Virus record (IMG/VR): IMGVR_UViG_3300031379_000020
Direction: 5' to 3' (one strand)
Length of the DNA stretch: 25,144 nucleotides
Source of the DNA: a virus
Shown here piece after piece: positions 24,368 to 25,144 of this stretch (positions are counted from its first letter, which is position 1; every line of letters begins with the position of its first letter). Position numbers and translations under genes: made by a program. The notes below the pieces were generated by a model. The model ran no database searches, was not told where the DNA came from, and saw only the letters and a program-made list of their open reading frames with translations.

Positions 24368-24877
24368 ATGGTATACATTAGAAATATAATGTTTGTGCTA
24401 TTATTATGCATGACAGCAAATCTCGATGCCCCAATACGTAAGATAACGTGTAGTGAAATTACGGAACAAATTCGGCGGGTCAAACAAAAGTTGATGATGG
24501 AGAAAGCCTTGAATGAGCCATTCTCACCAGAATTGTTTTTTGAGATGTTGAAAATGCATGTTGAACACCCGGAAATTGTAATGAGGCAGGCCATTTTGGA
24601 AACAGGCTGGTTCACTTCAAAGAGTTTTACAGAGGGAAATAATGCGTTTGGTATGCGGCAGCCACGCATACGTTATACTCTAGCGATAGGAAGCATCTAT
24701 GGACATGCTCATTATGCACATTGGCTGGATGGGGTTATGGATTATGCAAAATGGCAAGAGTACTACCAGGTCCATTCAATTACAGAAGCAGAGTATTATC
24801 AGTTTCTCAACGGGCTGCCTTATGCTACAGCTAAAAATTACACGAAAACATTAAAACAAATCAATCCAGCAACATGA
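24368..24877 (+). CDS. GH73 glucosaminidase-family peptidoglycan hydrolase with an N-terminal hydrophobic signal/anchor
   Basis: QAILETGW...NNAFGM, Y..W.D...DY, LPYATAKNY. Hydrophobic IMFVLLLCMTA at the N-terminus. Confidence 0.8.
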   Translation: MVYIRNIMFVLLLCMTANLDAPIRKITCSEITEQIRRVKQKLMMEKALNEPFSPELFFEMLKMHVEHPEIVMRQAILETGWFTSKSFTEGNNAFGMRQPRIRYTLAIGSIYGHAHYAHWLDGVMDYAKWQEYYQVHSITEAEYYQFLNGLPYATAKNYTKTLKQINPAT

Positions 24878-25144
24878 AAGTAATAGTTTTTTCGGATTTA
24901 CATGTCCACGATTACAAACAATTCAATGCAGATCAGACCAGGGCTCAAAAGGCCGCAGATATGATTGAATATGTCTTTAAGCTCGCCAATAAAAATGATA
25001 TCAAACAAATTTGGTTTTGCGGCGATCTCGGTGATCAGTTTTCGAATATTTCAGTTATTGCAATGAATGCGCTACTGTTAGCATTCCAGAAATGTTTTAC
25101 GGAATATCCGGATATTGAATTTATCGCAATCCCTGGAAACCTCG
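24874..25144 (+). CDS. Metallophosphoesterase nuclease (SbcD/Mre11/T4 gp47-like), 3'-truncated
   Basis: Not in the supplied ORF track. ATG overlaps the previous TGA and translates MKVIVFSDLHVHDY...WFCGDLGD...FIAIPGNL, giving motifs I-III. Confidence 0.85.
   Translation, partial: MKVIVFSDLHVHDYKQFNADQTRAQKAADMIEYVFKLANKNDIKQIWFCGDLGDQFSNISVIAMNALLLAFQKCFTEYPDIEFIAIPGNL

Noticed and set aside
1-25144. CRISPR array, tRNA, rRNA, integrase or stop-codon recoding
   Set aside because: No regularly spaced repeats or RNA-gene signatures were seen, intergenic gaps are very short, and long genes are intact under the standard code.

Overview
The window is a 25.1 kb fragment of a tailed dsDNA phage genome, with all credible genes on the + strand. 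The host is probably Bacteroidota: there are two TTG-N20-TAnnTTTG promoters and AT-rich, Shine-Dalgarno-less starts. The left half (1-12.6 kb) is a virion module: the end of a large virion protein, a free-standing NUMOD4-HNH-NUMOD1 homing endonuclease, several fibre or receptor-binding proteins (including a 1273-aa fibre with a C-terminal intramolecular chaperone and a downstream beta-propeller adhesin) and two small holin-like membrane proteins. The right half is a replication/recombination module: DnaB-like helicase, primase, NinG-like nuclease, dNMP kinase, SF2 helicase, a family A DNA polymerase with an N-terminal UDG-like domain, an SSB-like protein, a NinB-like protein, a GH73 glucosaminidase and a truncated SbcD/Mre11-like nuclease. 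The most striking feature follows polA: a tnpB-only IS200/IS605-type element (21399-22741) with recognisable end hairpins, a TTAT target motif and an omegaRNA. It sits inside the remains of a second HNH homing endonuclease gene, a paralog of the intact one at 1659-2177. Only the first 13 and last 18 codons survive, in frame, so an RNA-guided nuclease element now occupies the slot of the deleted HNH core. A 407-codon antisense ORF crosses the element and ends exactly on the target motif. All calls are motif recognition by eye; no database searches were run.
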